Shown in pieces: positions 1-14,251 of a stretch of 64,000 bases of DNA. The position numbers were made by a program, and so were the translations under genes. The stretch is taken from the NCBI GenBank assembly GCA_020536535.1, contig JAHLWZ010000795.1, forward strand, positions 99,913 to 163,912, in the 5' to 3' direction. Under the pieces are notes generated by a model that saw nothing but the letters and a program-made list of their open reading frames with translations, had not been told where the DNA came from and did no database searches. Within the stretch, counting starts at the first letter, position 1. Each line of letters begins with the position of its first letter. Source of the stretch: Pelomyxa schiedti (taxonomy: Eukaryota; Protista; Evosea).

Positions 1-144
1 CCAATGCCAACTGTACCCACAAGCAACCTTAGTCACTCAACGCATTGTCCCAACGCAGGAAAGATCAATGCAGCAAACTACGTAAAGGTAAATGTAAACG
101 TGGGAAAAAAAAAGTAGACATGCATTTATTTTAGAACTGCCTGT

Positions 145-775
145 TTAACTGAGATAACAACCAGAGGGAGCGGAAGGTGTTGGTGGGCAACACTGAAGTG
201 TTAAATTATAAGATACGGATACTGGAGCTGCTCCAATACCACACCTATTAAGGAAGCATCCAAATTTCTTTTAGGAATTGTCATATTACATGGAACTCGT
301 GAAGCCTAGGAGGGCAGCGTCAGTATCTGTGACTGCTGATGCCGCACTCCACATTCGCTCCTATTGAAATGTTTGTATGAATACTTGCTATGGGTTCCCA
401 CCCGAAGCAGCGGCAGCGCGAGGCCAGATTGTGTTGAACATCTCTGAAGCATCAACTGTTTCACCCCATATGCATAATTCACCACCCAATGCCAATGATT
501 GTTGGTCGGATCAGTTATTCCCTAGTACATGGTTCAATACGCAGTACGATTAAAGGAGGAAAAAACTTCAAGTAAGTGATTAGATAAAACTGCTGCCATG
601 AAGTTTCCAGATGGTCCAAGTACCACAGGACAGAATACCTCGATAGCCAGCAGCAACAATTTCCTTGAGGAGGCTAAGTTCCCATTCGTCTGGAAATCGG
701 TACATATGGCAAGGTTTGAATGATCAAGCCACACGTGAATGATCGACTCCGGTAAGTAGCGTGGTTAATAATTAA
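145..775 (-). pseudogene. Beta-hexosaminidase (GH20) C-terminal remnant, 5'-truncated and frameshifted
   Basis: Minus-strand pieces read ESIIHVWLDH, EIVAAGYRGILS, WYLDHLETSWQQFY, IEPCT, GITDP and [32 protein letters not shown]...ERMWS, matching the GH20 C-terminal signature GGE.CMWGE.VD...WPRAAA.AERLWS. At least three frame changes are needed outside introns, and no upstream catalytic region was found. Confidence 0.8.
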
Positions 776-2040
776 TTGAATTGACTCTGATAGCAGGCAT
801 TTGGCGCAGGGGAACCTCTTCACCCTCACTCAGTGAGGGTGGTGCTGAGCACGAGGCATTAATAATACTCTCCCCCGCCTGTATTTTCTATCAGAAGGTT
901 ATCCCCAAATGACGCATGCACCACCACTCAAACTGCTCTGCTCCCAAATGCACCCAAATGGGATGACGTGGAGCAAAGGAACAACTTCGACAAGGTAGTC
1001 ACAGTTGTTGCTGTTGCCATCAATCCATAATGTTTGTTGAAGTGATTTCGTTGGCCGTGTAGTGGAATTATTATTGGTTGGGTCCACTCCCACTTGTTGG
1101 AAGACAACGGAAGATTTTTTCATAATGCCTCAAACAAGCTCTCATGCTGAAACAAGAGAACTTGATTTCCCCCTGTAAGCATCAAAGATAAGGTCCACCT
1201 ATCAAGAAAGTAAAAGAAGCCAAGAAGATTACTATGAGGTACGAATCGGCCTTTTCAAGAATGCAGATCATCGCGTCAACAAGTCTTGTTTGAAAGGTTC
1301 GGACATGATGGAGTGAAAAAGATGAATACTTCTTTGTTCTTCAGGAAATGTAATATTTGTGCCACTTCCTGGGTGAGGGAATGAGGGGAAAAAAAACGGA
1401 CCTACAATGCGTAGATTTGTAGCAAGTGAAAACGCACCACTGGGTGAGCCTCACGCATGAATCTAAGCAAAACAGAACACTTGTGACTCAATGTTGCATT
1501 GCTTTTCGTATGCAGTTCAGATTCCAAACTGTTTGTTAACTCGGGGAAGCACGTGATGTGAGTAGAAAGTTCCACCCATTTGAGTGGCCCAGCGTGCCCC
1601 CCACACATGCAACAGGTGCAGCTCCCCTCGTTATCACCACGGCTCCCATCTTCCTTGTCGTTGCTTTCTGGTTCCACAGCCAACGCTTCGCGTAGGAGGC
1701 TCCGGGGGGAAGCTTACAGCCTGAGATTGGGATGAACTTGTGTGGTTCATCATTCAAGAACGCCGGAATCGTTGGAGGCTTTGAGGCGGCTGTGCCCACG
1801 CTCACTGACCGGTCAGCACGGCCTGCTGTTGCTGCCTTTTTTGCATCAAATTTTGTGCTCACAGGGGCGTTGTTTTTGCCACCACCATGACTCGGTTCAC
1901 GCGGCTCGTTTTGCTTTGGTATTGCTGTCGCAGATTCGGCAACAGGAACAGAAGACGCAGATGTTGTGGTTGTGCAGACGCACAGATCTTGCTTTGTTAG
2001 TGAAAGATGTCTCATGTGTATGCGACGGAGATCCGGACAT
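765..2040 (-). CDS. Hypothetical spliced protein, possibly frameshifted or a pseudogene
   Basis: Protein-like minus-strand ORFs 1536-2015, 1402-1683 and 899-1123, plus a last exon ending ...RVNSINY* at 765. Joining the first two needs a frame change at the G6 run 1704-1709. No recognisable domain. Confidence 0.3.
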
Positions 2041-2320
2041 TGTTGTTGCGGCTAGAATATTTTCCTTCTTTTTGCGCACGATGAGTGAGCTCGTGTGGGT
2101 ACCACCACCAAGGATGTTGCCCTCATCAACTTCAACCCCAAAATTAATTTATAAAAACACGAGTAAAAGACACGGTGGGTGCGCGACCATACATGGAGAC
2201 AAGAAGTGTTAAAATGTTTTTGACTTTAAAATCAGGGTCTTTGACCCATGTGTAGCAAGATTCATGGTAGTAAATGGAATGTGGTATTTATTTCACTGGA
2301 ATACAATGCGCAATGGGGTG

Positions 2321-3592
2321 TCACCAGATGCGAGAGGAATAACCAGGTTCAAATGCACTGAAGGAGCAACCAGGGAGGAGGAACTCGACGGTGGCAACGG
2401 TCTTCATGTCCAACGACGCCGATGCCTCAATCACGTGTATTTTCTTCCTGTCATCACTCACTTTCAGGAAGAAGCCAAGGCCAATCATGAAGTGCTGCAT
2501 CTTGGGCACTTGGATGCTCGAAATTGCGTTGTGGAGGTTGTTACAATCCCAGATGAGAACTTTGGTCGTGTGCAAAACACAGAACAGAGACTCACTCAGT
2601 TGAGACACTCCTCTTGCTCTTCTGTCAAGAACTGAGGTCACAGTTTCTTCTTGGGAATCATTCGTATCTAATGCCAATGCGCGGAGGGGCATGCCTAAAT
2701 GAGCAGATGAAGCAATGAAAATGGCTTGGCCGTTGCTTTTTCTCATTGGCAGAAGATCCCTGATCTTTGAACCTTTGCAACTTCTACACATCAACTTGAT
2801 TGAGCTCATTGAGAGGATTTTTGTGGAGCAGGATGCATCGGCGTCAATGATCCAAAGTGTCAGGTCGTACTTATGTGATTTTTTGCTGCTGGTATCGCGG
2901 AGAACAATAAAAGCTTCGTTCTCAACAAACTTATTGAAGCAGACAAAGCAAGAAGCCATGCCAGGAGGAAATGGGAAAACATGGTCAGCAACAGCATCAT
3001 CTCGTTGTGTCGGCAGACTCCCCAAAACGATTCTGCTTTCCTTGGCGTGTTTCCCACCGCAGCAAGCCATGAACCACTTGCTGTTGGCACAAAACCACTT
3101 GTCTCGATCAGAGAGATACATCAAGTCGTCAGCCTTCTCGGTAAACACCAGGGTATCCACTCCCATAAGTTCGTCCCTCAAGAAAAGCTCGTGGTAATTC
3201 CACCCCAATCCACGCCCACCACCCAGCCTCCATTCATAGTTCAACGACTCCCTCACAGTCAACTCGTGCGTGATTCCCAGAAGTAACATCGAGATGCCGA
3301 TCTCAAACACACACGATCTCTTGAGCGGGTGCCCTGGTGGGCTCCTCGACACCCTGACGTCGACGGCGAGCCACCTCACGCACCCCATCACCCACTCGTC
3401 CCATAACAGCCTCACAACTGGCGCAGCGAGCGCAACCCCGGCCTTCCGCCCACGAGGGCGCGTCGCCAGCAGCAGCGCGGCAACTTGGTCGCGCGCGCGT
3501 ATACCGGCCAAGTTGGGTGCGCCCTGCCACGGCATCGCCTCTTTTGAGTTCCTTGATCTCTTTGGTGGTGGTCCACACACGACGTCGCTCAT
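2321..3592 (-). CDS. Intronless hypothetical protein (423 aa) with N-terminal ARDQ..ALL.AT.PR motif and a predicted beta-rich, propeller-like body
   Basis: Single uninterrupted ATG-initiated ORF. N-terminal RARDQVAALLLATRPRGRKAGVALAAPVVRLLWDEWV resembles the N-terminus of ORF 33141-34262. Confidence 0.8.
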   Translation of the reverse strand: MSDVVCGPPPKRSRNSKEAMPWQGAPNLAGIRARDQVAALLLATRPRGRKAGVALAAPVVRLLWDEWVMGCVRWLAVDVRVSRSPPGHPLKRSCVFEIGISMLLLGITHELTVRESLNYEWRLGGGRGLGWNYHELFLRDELMGVDTLVFTEKADDLMYLSDRDKWFCANSKWFMACCGGKHAKESRIVLGSLPTQRDDAVADHVFPFPPGMASCFVCFNKFVENEAFIVLRDTSSKKSHKYDLTLWIIDADASCSTKILSMSSIKLMCRSCKGSKIRDLLPMRKSNGQAIFIASSAHLGMPLRALALDTNDSQEETVTSVLDRRARGVSQLSESLFCVLHTTKVLIWDCNNLHNAISSIQVPKMQHFMIGLGFFLKVSDDRKKIHVIEASASLDMKTVATVEFLLPGCSFSAFEPGYSSRIW

Positions 3593-4005
3593 TGGGTGCG
3601 TTAGTCAACGTAATGTGGTGGTTTTTTTTATTTATGTACAAGAACAAAGGTAGGTGGGTTTCTTTTAAACAGGCCGCGGGTGACTAGGGTCACATCATCG
3701 ACGTTGATGTTTGTTCGAAAAAAAAGAAAAATCAACGGATCGGAAACGAAATTCGATCAAAAAAAACTGTCACGGTATTATGGCGGGATTAAGTCGCACC
3801 AATTGGGGAATGCTATCTGCAACAGAGAATGGAATATTACCGGTGGGAGTGTTCCAATGTTGCCTGTTCCTCGGCCCCATCCAACAATCTGTTTGTTTGT
3901 TGTTGGTTGGGTGGAGGCTCACACAACATACACACCAGTGAAATGAGCTTGCGTTTGTCATTGAAGGCTAAGGTTGGGAGTGAGTGAACAGGGTGAAGAA
4001 AATGT

Positions 4006-6637
4006 TTAGGGTGCTATAACAACGGCTTGTGTGAGAAAGATTATTTACCGTTGGAATCAAACAACAGCTCGGGAAATCCAGTGCCCCAAAAAATCCTGAA
4101 TCGTTGATCTGCAGATGGTGAGCTTTCGTCAATTTCTTAGAGTGCATGCGGTCTTTGAGCAGTGTGTGGGATTCTCCACATGTTATTCTCGTGAAGTCGG
4201 TTGATGAAAGAGTGGTGGAAACATGAGGGGTGTTAAATATAGTCCTTGGAGGTTTTCCGGTCAGCTGTGTTTGTGAGTTATCTCCCCAGATAAGAACATC
4301 CCCGGAATCTATGGAACTGTATGGTAGGTATGTTGGAGGTTTTAGGAAGTGGCAATACCTAAAATCGCGAACGAGTGGTTTGCACCGCATTCAATTGCAC
4401 TTGTTGGCCTGCCCCATATTATTGAAGAAACCACGGCATAGGGTTTTGTTTTATTGGAGCAATCGCCAACCCCAATCTGGCCAAGGTTATTTGCTCCCCA
4501 CGCGTACACATCACCAGATTCTATGACTTGTAAGAGGCAAATCATTAAGTTTGTAAAAGGATACCAATAACCACAACAGAATGATTGACGCCACAGCTCA
4601 TTGAAAGAATTGGAATTCCAAAAAGGCCTTCAACAACAGTTAGAAGGTTTCTGGTTTTCCAATCTCCAAGCCCAAGTTGCCCAGAGCTATTGTTCCCACA
4701 ACTCAGGAGTGTATTCGAACCTGTTTGTCATCAGGCACCGCAGTGGAAAAGAATATAAAAACTCAACACAAAGAAATCAGAGTGTGAGACCATCCGCATG
4801 CAACAAGAGAGATCCCAGTGTTGTTGTCAAAGCGGACTCTCTGAGGTCTACAGTGATTGCTGAAATCACCCAGGCCCAGTTGGCCAGAAGAATTCTCTCC
4901 CCAAGAAATCAACTGACCGGAATCTAACGATTGTGATGAAATCAAAAAAATCAGCACATTGGGGATACCAGATACTCCAACGGTGAAGTTACCCCCGCAA
5001 TAAATCCTTTTGCAGAAAAGGCCCGGAACAACTGTAGGCGTACACTGGGGAGTGAGGTAATCACCCAAACCAAGTTGTCCAAAGTTATTGGACCCCCAGC
5101 TCAGCACACTCCAATCCGCTGCCAAGTTTGAGTCAGCCAACAGTTAAAAAAAAGCCGAATTTAAATACATACATGCTACAGCCGCCGAGTGGAAGGCACC
5201 ACAACTTATGGACTTGATCTTCTTGCTGAATTCCACGTTCATGAGGATCGGACTTGACCGGGAAACATAATCACCCAGTCCAAGTTGCCCAAGTTCATTT
5301 TCTCCCCAGCATAAGATATCAGAGTCCTTTCCTGCTGATTTGTGTAAAAAAAAAATGTGGGGGAAAAAGTCATACACCAGAAGTGATGCTTGGCTGCAGG
5401 ACCACCAGATGTTAAGGAAGGTTTTAATGTTACATGCACCGGAGAACATTGGAGAGGTACCCATGGGCCGTGGTCGATTGAAAACCTCCCTGAGACAGCT
5501 ATCCATAGACTTCTTTCAGCAGATGTGCGCTTTGTCTTGTGGGACAATATGAGACAAACTGCAGGAATCGAGGCGTCAATGTGGGCTTTTAGTATGCGCT
5601 CGGGAAATGTTTTAACTTTCCACTGTATTTCTCCACAAGCCGTTTTGCAAGGCTGCCCCTGGGTGTCCATCACCTGCAAAGGGCTCTCAGTGCATCCTCT
5701 TTTCGACACCGTACAGTGAGTTGGTGCGCAGAGAGTGATTGTAGTGGGTTACCTCTATCGGGATTCTAAATTCTGGTGTAGATTTCAGCAAGGACTCTTC
5801 AAGCACCTCCATAGATTCATGGAAGCCAATCCTACACTTGGCCAAGTGTGGCCGCGGAATGATTTCCACGGTTCCGGCGGAAGGTATCAGTGTATTCCCA
5901 CGGGCCGGCGACGTTATTGACCTGGTAAACAGCCGGTATGTACTGTGCCGAGGCCTTTTTGGATCGCTACGCGGTATGGTATGCACATGCCAATCGGAAG
6001 CAGGGAAAACACCCCACCCCACAGGAGGCGTGGTAGTAGTAATAGTAGTAATAGTAGTAGTAGTTGTTGTTGTTGTGACAGTGTTCACACCAGGGTCGAA
6101 TGTAAACACAGCAGCACCGGCCTGCTCTCCTTCCTGTTGATGGTCGTGGTGACTGGTGTTCTGTATGAGTGAATCCAGAGCGATCTGCATTGCCCTGTTC
6201 CTGTCGTGTGCGGCCACACCAACAACCCACTCGAACCAATCCCCGTCGCCCCTGTCGCCACCGCCACCACCATTCATCCCATTACTAGCAGTACCATCAT
6301 CGCCATCACGACCACCCACAGCAACCTGGCGCTGCTGGTGCTGTTGATGGGGGTGATGTGTTGGCGGTGGCTGTGGTTGCGGCGGGTATGGCGATGCTGC
6401 CGTGGCGGTGGCAGGTGGTGGTGGTGGTTGGTGTTGGTGTTGTGGTGGGGGCGGGTCACCGGTCTCGTCGTCGTCGTCGTCGTCGTCGTTGGTGGTGCCT
6501 CGTGGGCGTGGCCTCTTGACGCCGGCGGTGGTTGAGCTGTTGTCGTTGGAGCTGGTGCTGGTGGCCCCCACTCCCTCCTGTTGTTTCGTGCTGGTGTATG
6601 TTGTGTTGGTATCAGGGTGGCTCTTGGTTGTTCCCAT
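4006..6637 (-). CDS. RCC1-repeat protein with low-complexity N-terminus and a possible filamin/Ig-like segment
   Basis: At least six RCC1 repeats in successive exons: ILCWGENELGQLGLGD..ISCGAFHS, VLSWGSNNFGQLGLGD..IYCGGNFT, LISWGENSSGQLGLGD..VACGWSHT, VYAWGANNLGQIGVGD..IECGANHS, VLIWGDNSQTQL..ITCGESHT and a further GQLGLGD repeat near 4680. ATG at 6637 (MGTTKSH). The stop is at 4006 or 3968 depending on the last introns. Confidence 0.9.
6033..6076. repeat. Trinucleotide microsatellite (GTA/GTT)n encoding poly-Thr in the RCC1 protein
   Basis: gtagtagtaatagtagtaatagtagtagtagttgttgttgttgt. Confidence 0.8.
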
Positions 6638-7937
6638 GCCGAGAAGAATACGCTCGTTTGAACACTTTTTTTTTTTTGTTTCTTCTGTGTCGCAGGTGGC
6701 CTGGCCCAGGAAAACCCGCTCCAGCCTGGGCATCTGGCTTCCTTGGTCAGAGATCCAGATAGCCCCAGGGAACAGCGCAATTGTGTTTCGGAGAAGACGT
6801 CAGTGGTGGTGGAATGCTGCAGGGAGGGGGGAGGGGTCAGGCTGGGAGCGCCGGGGGGGTGTGCGAATCACCGCCCCGAAACTACCCACGACACAGGACG
6901 ACTCGCGTTTGTGTGTTGTGGTTCTTTGTCATTCTTGTGGGTTTGAGCTCAACAGCTGCATCATCCATTTGTCTGAAAAGCAACCCATTTTTATGCCTTT
7001 GTACTTGGGTGAGTCGAATTCTCAAGACCCGACAGTGTGGCCACGGAAAACCCACTCTTGACCTCACTTGAAACAAGTCAATACGAGGTCGAATTCCTTC
7101 TCTCCTACTGAAGATAGCTCCTATTTGGCGAACGCAATCGCTAACACTGTCATACAATGATAAAAACCCCAAGGTAATGAGGTTACACTCACTTGTTTTT
7201 CCAACTTTGGCACAGGGGTTCGTGCCCACTTCTCCCGAGACCTCATTGGCTCCTGCAAGCGGTTACAGTTTCGCACACAAAATTTTGCTTCTACTGGTAA
7301 ATGCACCCTACTGCCAAATAGACAGCCAAAGTAAAAAAAAAACAAAAAAAAGGCAACTCATCATAATATAGAGTGCAGAGAAACCAAGTGAAACAAAACA
7401 TTTCAACACTGGAACAGCCGCACACAACAGCAGCACAAACAGTGGAGCTCTCCTCAGTACCATGTATTTTCTTCACTACCAAATACTTTGTAATCAACTC
7501 ACAGAGTCTTCTCCACTCTCCCTCTAACATATGTACAGATTCACCTTTTTTGTAGAAACCATGCCCCACTGAGCACTGCCACATAGACAATGACACGTAT
7601 GATCGAAGTCTTTCGTTTAGATTGCGGTACCAAACCCTCACTCTTGTTTTACAACCCTCACTTTCTCTCTAAGGACTGCCTTGAACAACTCTATGTAACA
7701 CCATAGCGTGACGCACTTACTGGCTGTACAAGTCAGTCATGATCCCACCAATCAGACAAGTCCACTCCAAGAAGCTATCCACCAACATAACATTTCTTGC
7801 AGTTACAACTACAACTCACACCAGTGGTACAGGCAGAACTTTGGGAAAAAGGGTTTGAAGTACCCCACCCCAAACATCCTCTGGGCCTAATTCAGAAGAC
7901 TTAAACATTGTTTTGCATTCTTAATTGTTCCTTTCTT

Positions 7938-9577
7938 TCATGAAGAGCTCTTGGCCTTAGCATCTACAAAGAACTGGTCAATGATGGGAGCATCCACACC
8001 ATCGTTTTGCATCTTCTGCCTCACCACAGGTTCAGGTAATCCCACCTTGAGCATTGTGGAGTACTTGCCAAGGTTCTTTGCGCCGGCCGTTGCAACAGCA
8101 TTTGCCTTGGCAGCAGCCGCGGCCGCTTCTTCCTCGGTCACATTCACGAATGGAATCTTCCCGCCGGGTACAATTCCGTGCCCTGTGGCTGCCATTTCGA
8201 GCCACCAGCTTCCAAACCAGAGTGAGAATGGCCGCCGTACTACATTGAATGTGGGGTTGATGGAGTGCGCAAAGTCGATGCGGTAGTGCCCCTGCTCATT
8301 CTTCTTGGCTATTTTGCCTATGTCACCACCGTACGGGCCCCCAGTGAGCTTGACGTGCTTTCCGATGTGGAGGTCCCAGACGATTTGTTTGGAGCGAGTG
8401 GAACAGGGTTCGCCTTGGGCATTGAATGGTACTCTTATCTGTTCCTCGCCTACAATGCAGTCTGCAGGAAGGTTCGGGGTGTAGAGCGGAGTGTCCATTG
8501 GGCTAACTTGTGAACCCAATCCCAACCTATCCACTAATGCTGTGAGTACATCATCAACTCGGCCGTAGATGCGTAGAGCTGCCCATTCGTCATAAGGAGT
8601 TTGTTGCAGGTTGATAATAACCAAGCCTTGGCACAGGACTGGGTGATGGTATCCCCTTTTGGCAATTGACTTTGGAACGCTATCAGCAGTGAACCCGGAC
8701 ATGGATGTGCCCAATGCTATACACATATCTGCTTTTTTCTTCCACTCGTTCATCCACGCACATAGGTCAGGGCGCAACTGCCCTTCATAGGGTACAATGG
8801 GATTTGCTGGATCATGCAGCGAACCATGTATTTCATTGAGTGCATACTGTGGATATCCAGCCTTCTGAGGCAGACTGTCATGGTTCTAGAAATAAGTAAG
8901 ACCGAAAGTTGAGGGAAAAAAGGTTATTTATTAATTATTTAATAAGAAGCAAACAATTTCAATACCAAAGGTTTTTCAAACACGGGGAAGGGAAAGAAAA
9001 GAAAAAAAAAAGTTCTAACCTGCTGAACCCAATGCTTTAGGATTCCAGCGCGGAACAAAGCGGCGAGGACCCTGTGTGCCTTCGTGGGCCTGGCCAGCTT
9101 CCAGTCCTTTACCTTGGGCCTCTCAGCGCCGCTCGCGTCGTGCGACATGGCGGACTCGGCGCGGGACTTTGTGGCGTAGTCGTCGATCCCCGCGGCGGTG
9201 CTGATGCCGGCGCCGGTGTACGCGACGAGGGCGGAGGACTTGCGCACCATGCGGACGAGCGCGTCGACCTTGGCGGCCATGACCTCGGGCTGGTCGGTGT
9301 ACTCGTGGGCCTTGATGCCCGTGAAGGTGTGCCGCGCGTTCACGTCGTAGTGCATGACGACGCGGGGGGGCGCCCAGCCCGGGTCCCCGCGGTTGCCGTG
9401 CATCCTCTCCCACGTCTCGCCCGTCATCACCTCGCCCTCCTCCGCGGCGGCGCTGCTGCCGCTGGCGGTGGTGGTGCTGGTGGCGGCCGACGCGGCTACG
9501 GAGGCGGCCAGGGCCTCTGCCTCGGGGGTTCCTGGGGGCGGGGGCGGTGCGGGTGCTGTGCCGGTTGTCGTTGACAT
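7938..9577 (-). CDS. NAD-dependent sirtuin (SIRT6/7-like N-terminus) with KOW-like and CCDC53-like C-terminal motifs; 2 exons (9577-9020, 8885-7938)
   Basis: HEYTD..MAAKVDALVRMVRKSSALVAYTGAGISTAAGIDDY, ARPTKAHRVL, spliced WVQQ|NHDSLPQKAG, EIHGS, ADMCIALGTS and LVIINLQQTPYD are Sir2-family motifs in the canonical order. GT-AG intron at 9019-8886. Confidence 0.92.
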
Positions 9578-9822
9578 TTTGCTGTAGGTTATTTTTTTTT
9601 TTTCTTGAAACAAACCGAATAACATCGATGTTGTCTTCGTTCGCTAGAGGAAAAGGTGCGGAAAGGCAAAAATGGAAGTTAACGGACCAAGGGGCGCTCG
9701 ACTTACAGTCAATCTGATTCCGTAGCTTCACACAGTGTGACGACACTTGTGGGGGAAATTGTCAAGAAGAACAAGACTCCCCGCTGTCCCAACTTGGGTG
9801 TTCCCTTCGTGCGAAAGTAGCG
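9578..9822. promoter_or_regulatory. Putative compact bidirectional promoter between the sirtuin and GPCR genes
   Basis: 245 bp between divergent ATGs, flanked by GC-rich first exons. Confidence 0.5.
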
Positions 9823-11163
9823 ATGGTAGGTGCCGCGGGCAGCGACGCCTACTCCAGCCTCGTCGCCGTAAGCAGCAGCCCCCACGTCTACGATGCAAGC
9901 AGCGTCGGCAGCAGCGGCGTCTCTGGGAGCGAGGGCGAGGAGGGCAAGTACTACCTGGTGTACCCGGTGGTGGGCGTGGCGATGGCGTCGCTGCTGGGCT
10001 CCCTGTTTGTAATCGCGTGGATCATCACCTCGAGGAGGATGAAGACTTTCCACTGGAGACTCGTTTTTATGTCATCTTTGTGCCAGTCCCTAGGTTGGTT
10101 GGTTTTTTTTTTTTTTTTTTTTTTTTGGGCTATCTATATCCCTTTGTGAAGCGAAAGCAGCGATCACGAGCGAAAGCAAAATCACAATAATGGTAGAATA
10201 AATGCAAAACATCCGGTTCAGTTGCATGTTCCCTTGAGTTAATTGTATTTATACAGTTTCTCTGACACTCGTTCTGGAGTACCCCTTCTTTGAGTTTACA
10301 GACGAGGAGTCGACGTGGTGTTCTCTGCAAGGTGTCCGGGGGTATTTTGCTCTTATCACTTCCCACCAACACACAATCCTCACAAAGGTTTCTTTCAGTC
10401 CGCGTTCCAGCTTGCTGGCGAGATGTGGATAATGGGTATCTCATTTAGATTGCATAGGTGACTTACCCTTCATCCTTTGTCTGCGAATTAATTACAAAAA
10501 CGCAGACTGGCGAGGAAAAAACAACCCCTTGGTCCCGCGTGTGAAATTATGTTCCACCTGTTAATATGGCCAGTGTGTGCTTTATTGGCCGCTATTCCAT
10601 TTTATAGCTCCAGTGATCCTCTTGTATATGTGCCCCTTGCCTGTGGATATTGCTGGCTCACTCCGGACGCAGCGATAGCCAGAATTCTGATCTTTTATGT
10701 TCCGCAGTGGTTCGTCATCTTCACAACTATCGGCTTGTACATACACGTGACCTACATCCTCCGCGAGCCCATCAGACTTTACACTATGCGTACATTGCGG
10801 CTTACCAGGAGGTCAAGCTCCAGCAGGTTCCTGCTGGCCGAGGCGCCGGTTCTTACCACAACACCGCCCGAAAAGCGGCAGGCCCTGAAACGGGCCATCA
10901 GGGCAGTGAGACAGCTAGTCCTATATCCAATGTGCATGCTACTGACATGGGTTCCATGCACAGTGTGCAGGGTGATTCAGGCCGTGAACGGCGGAGTGGA
11001 GGACAAGGTGACATCCACAGTCCTTGCGTGGATGAATGACACCACAGGCCTGTTTTTCTTCTTCGCGTGCCTGTTGACTGGAGAAGTATTCCAGGACTTG
11101 AAAAAACTATGCCGCAGAATGTGCTGCTGCCGGCGGGATTCAGATCAACTTACAGCCAATTAA
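9823..11163 (+). CDS. 7-TM G-protein-coupled receptor, cAMP-receptor-like (cAR/Git3) family
   Basis: The spliced product has seven hydrophobic segments. Family-like features: TM1 SLLGSLFVI, a TM3 Cys (WCSLQGFFQ), ECL2 GYCWL, TM5 FYVPQW and TM6 LVLYP..LLTWVP.TV.R. About three GT-AG introns lie between 10093 and 10505. Confidence 0.85.
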
Positions 11164-11404
11164 TTGAACAACCACCCGAGCAATTCCAATCCCAATTCAA
11201 TTGGAACCACTCTCAGCACAAGAATTAGGCGACAAGCTATTCTTCATTGACATGTCAATAATCACCTCACACCCTCCTACAAAAACGCAGCCTTTCAATC
11301 AGACCAATCAATCACCAGATCTGTCAAGATCTGATGGGAATTTTTCGAAGTCAAACGAAACGCTAAAAAAAAGGAAAAACAAGAAAAAGAAAACTCTTCA
11401 AACG

Positions 11405-14005
<2,601 letters not shown>

Positions 14006-14251
14006 GAAACTACCTCACAAAGCCTTCCTTCTGACCTCCCTTTCTCCACCATTCACACCATACAAAAGGAATTTTCTTTCGCAACCCAGAACCCGTTTTT
14101 TGAATTGTTATTCTCCAAACCAATTTATTTCTTACGATCAAACACCGGGATCCACAAGAAAACAAAGCCACAACAGCGACTGTTGTTACTGCCGACACAA
14201 CACGCGAACAGTACACCCGTATATCAACAACAAAAAGAACCTACACCAAGA

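Noticed and set aside
821-841. Perfect 10-bp inverted repeat caccctcact-c-agtgagggtg
   Set aside because: Single short hairpin inside a probable exon, with no second copy or target-site duplication.
6780-7330. Plus-strand segment with intron-like GT..AG spacers (possible small gene)
   Set aside because: No splicing path gave a recognisable protein or a convincing start codon.
7330-7900. Minus-strand coding-like fragments (e.g. ORF 7291-7641)
   Set aside because: Interrupted by stops with no identifiable motif; possibly a decayed gene, but this cannot be supported.
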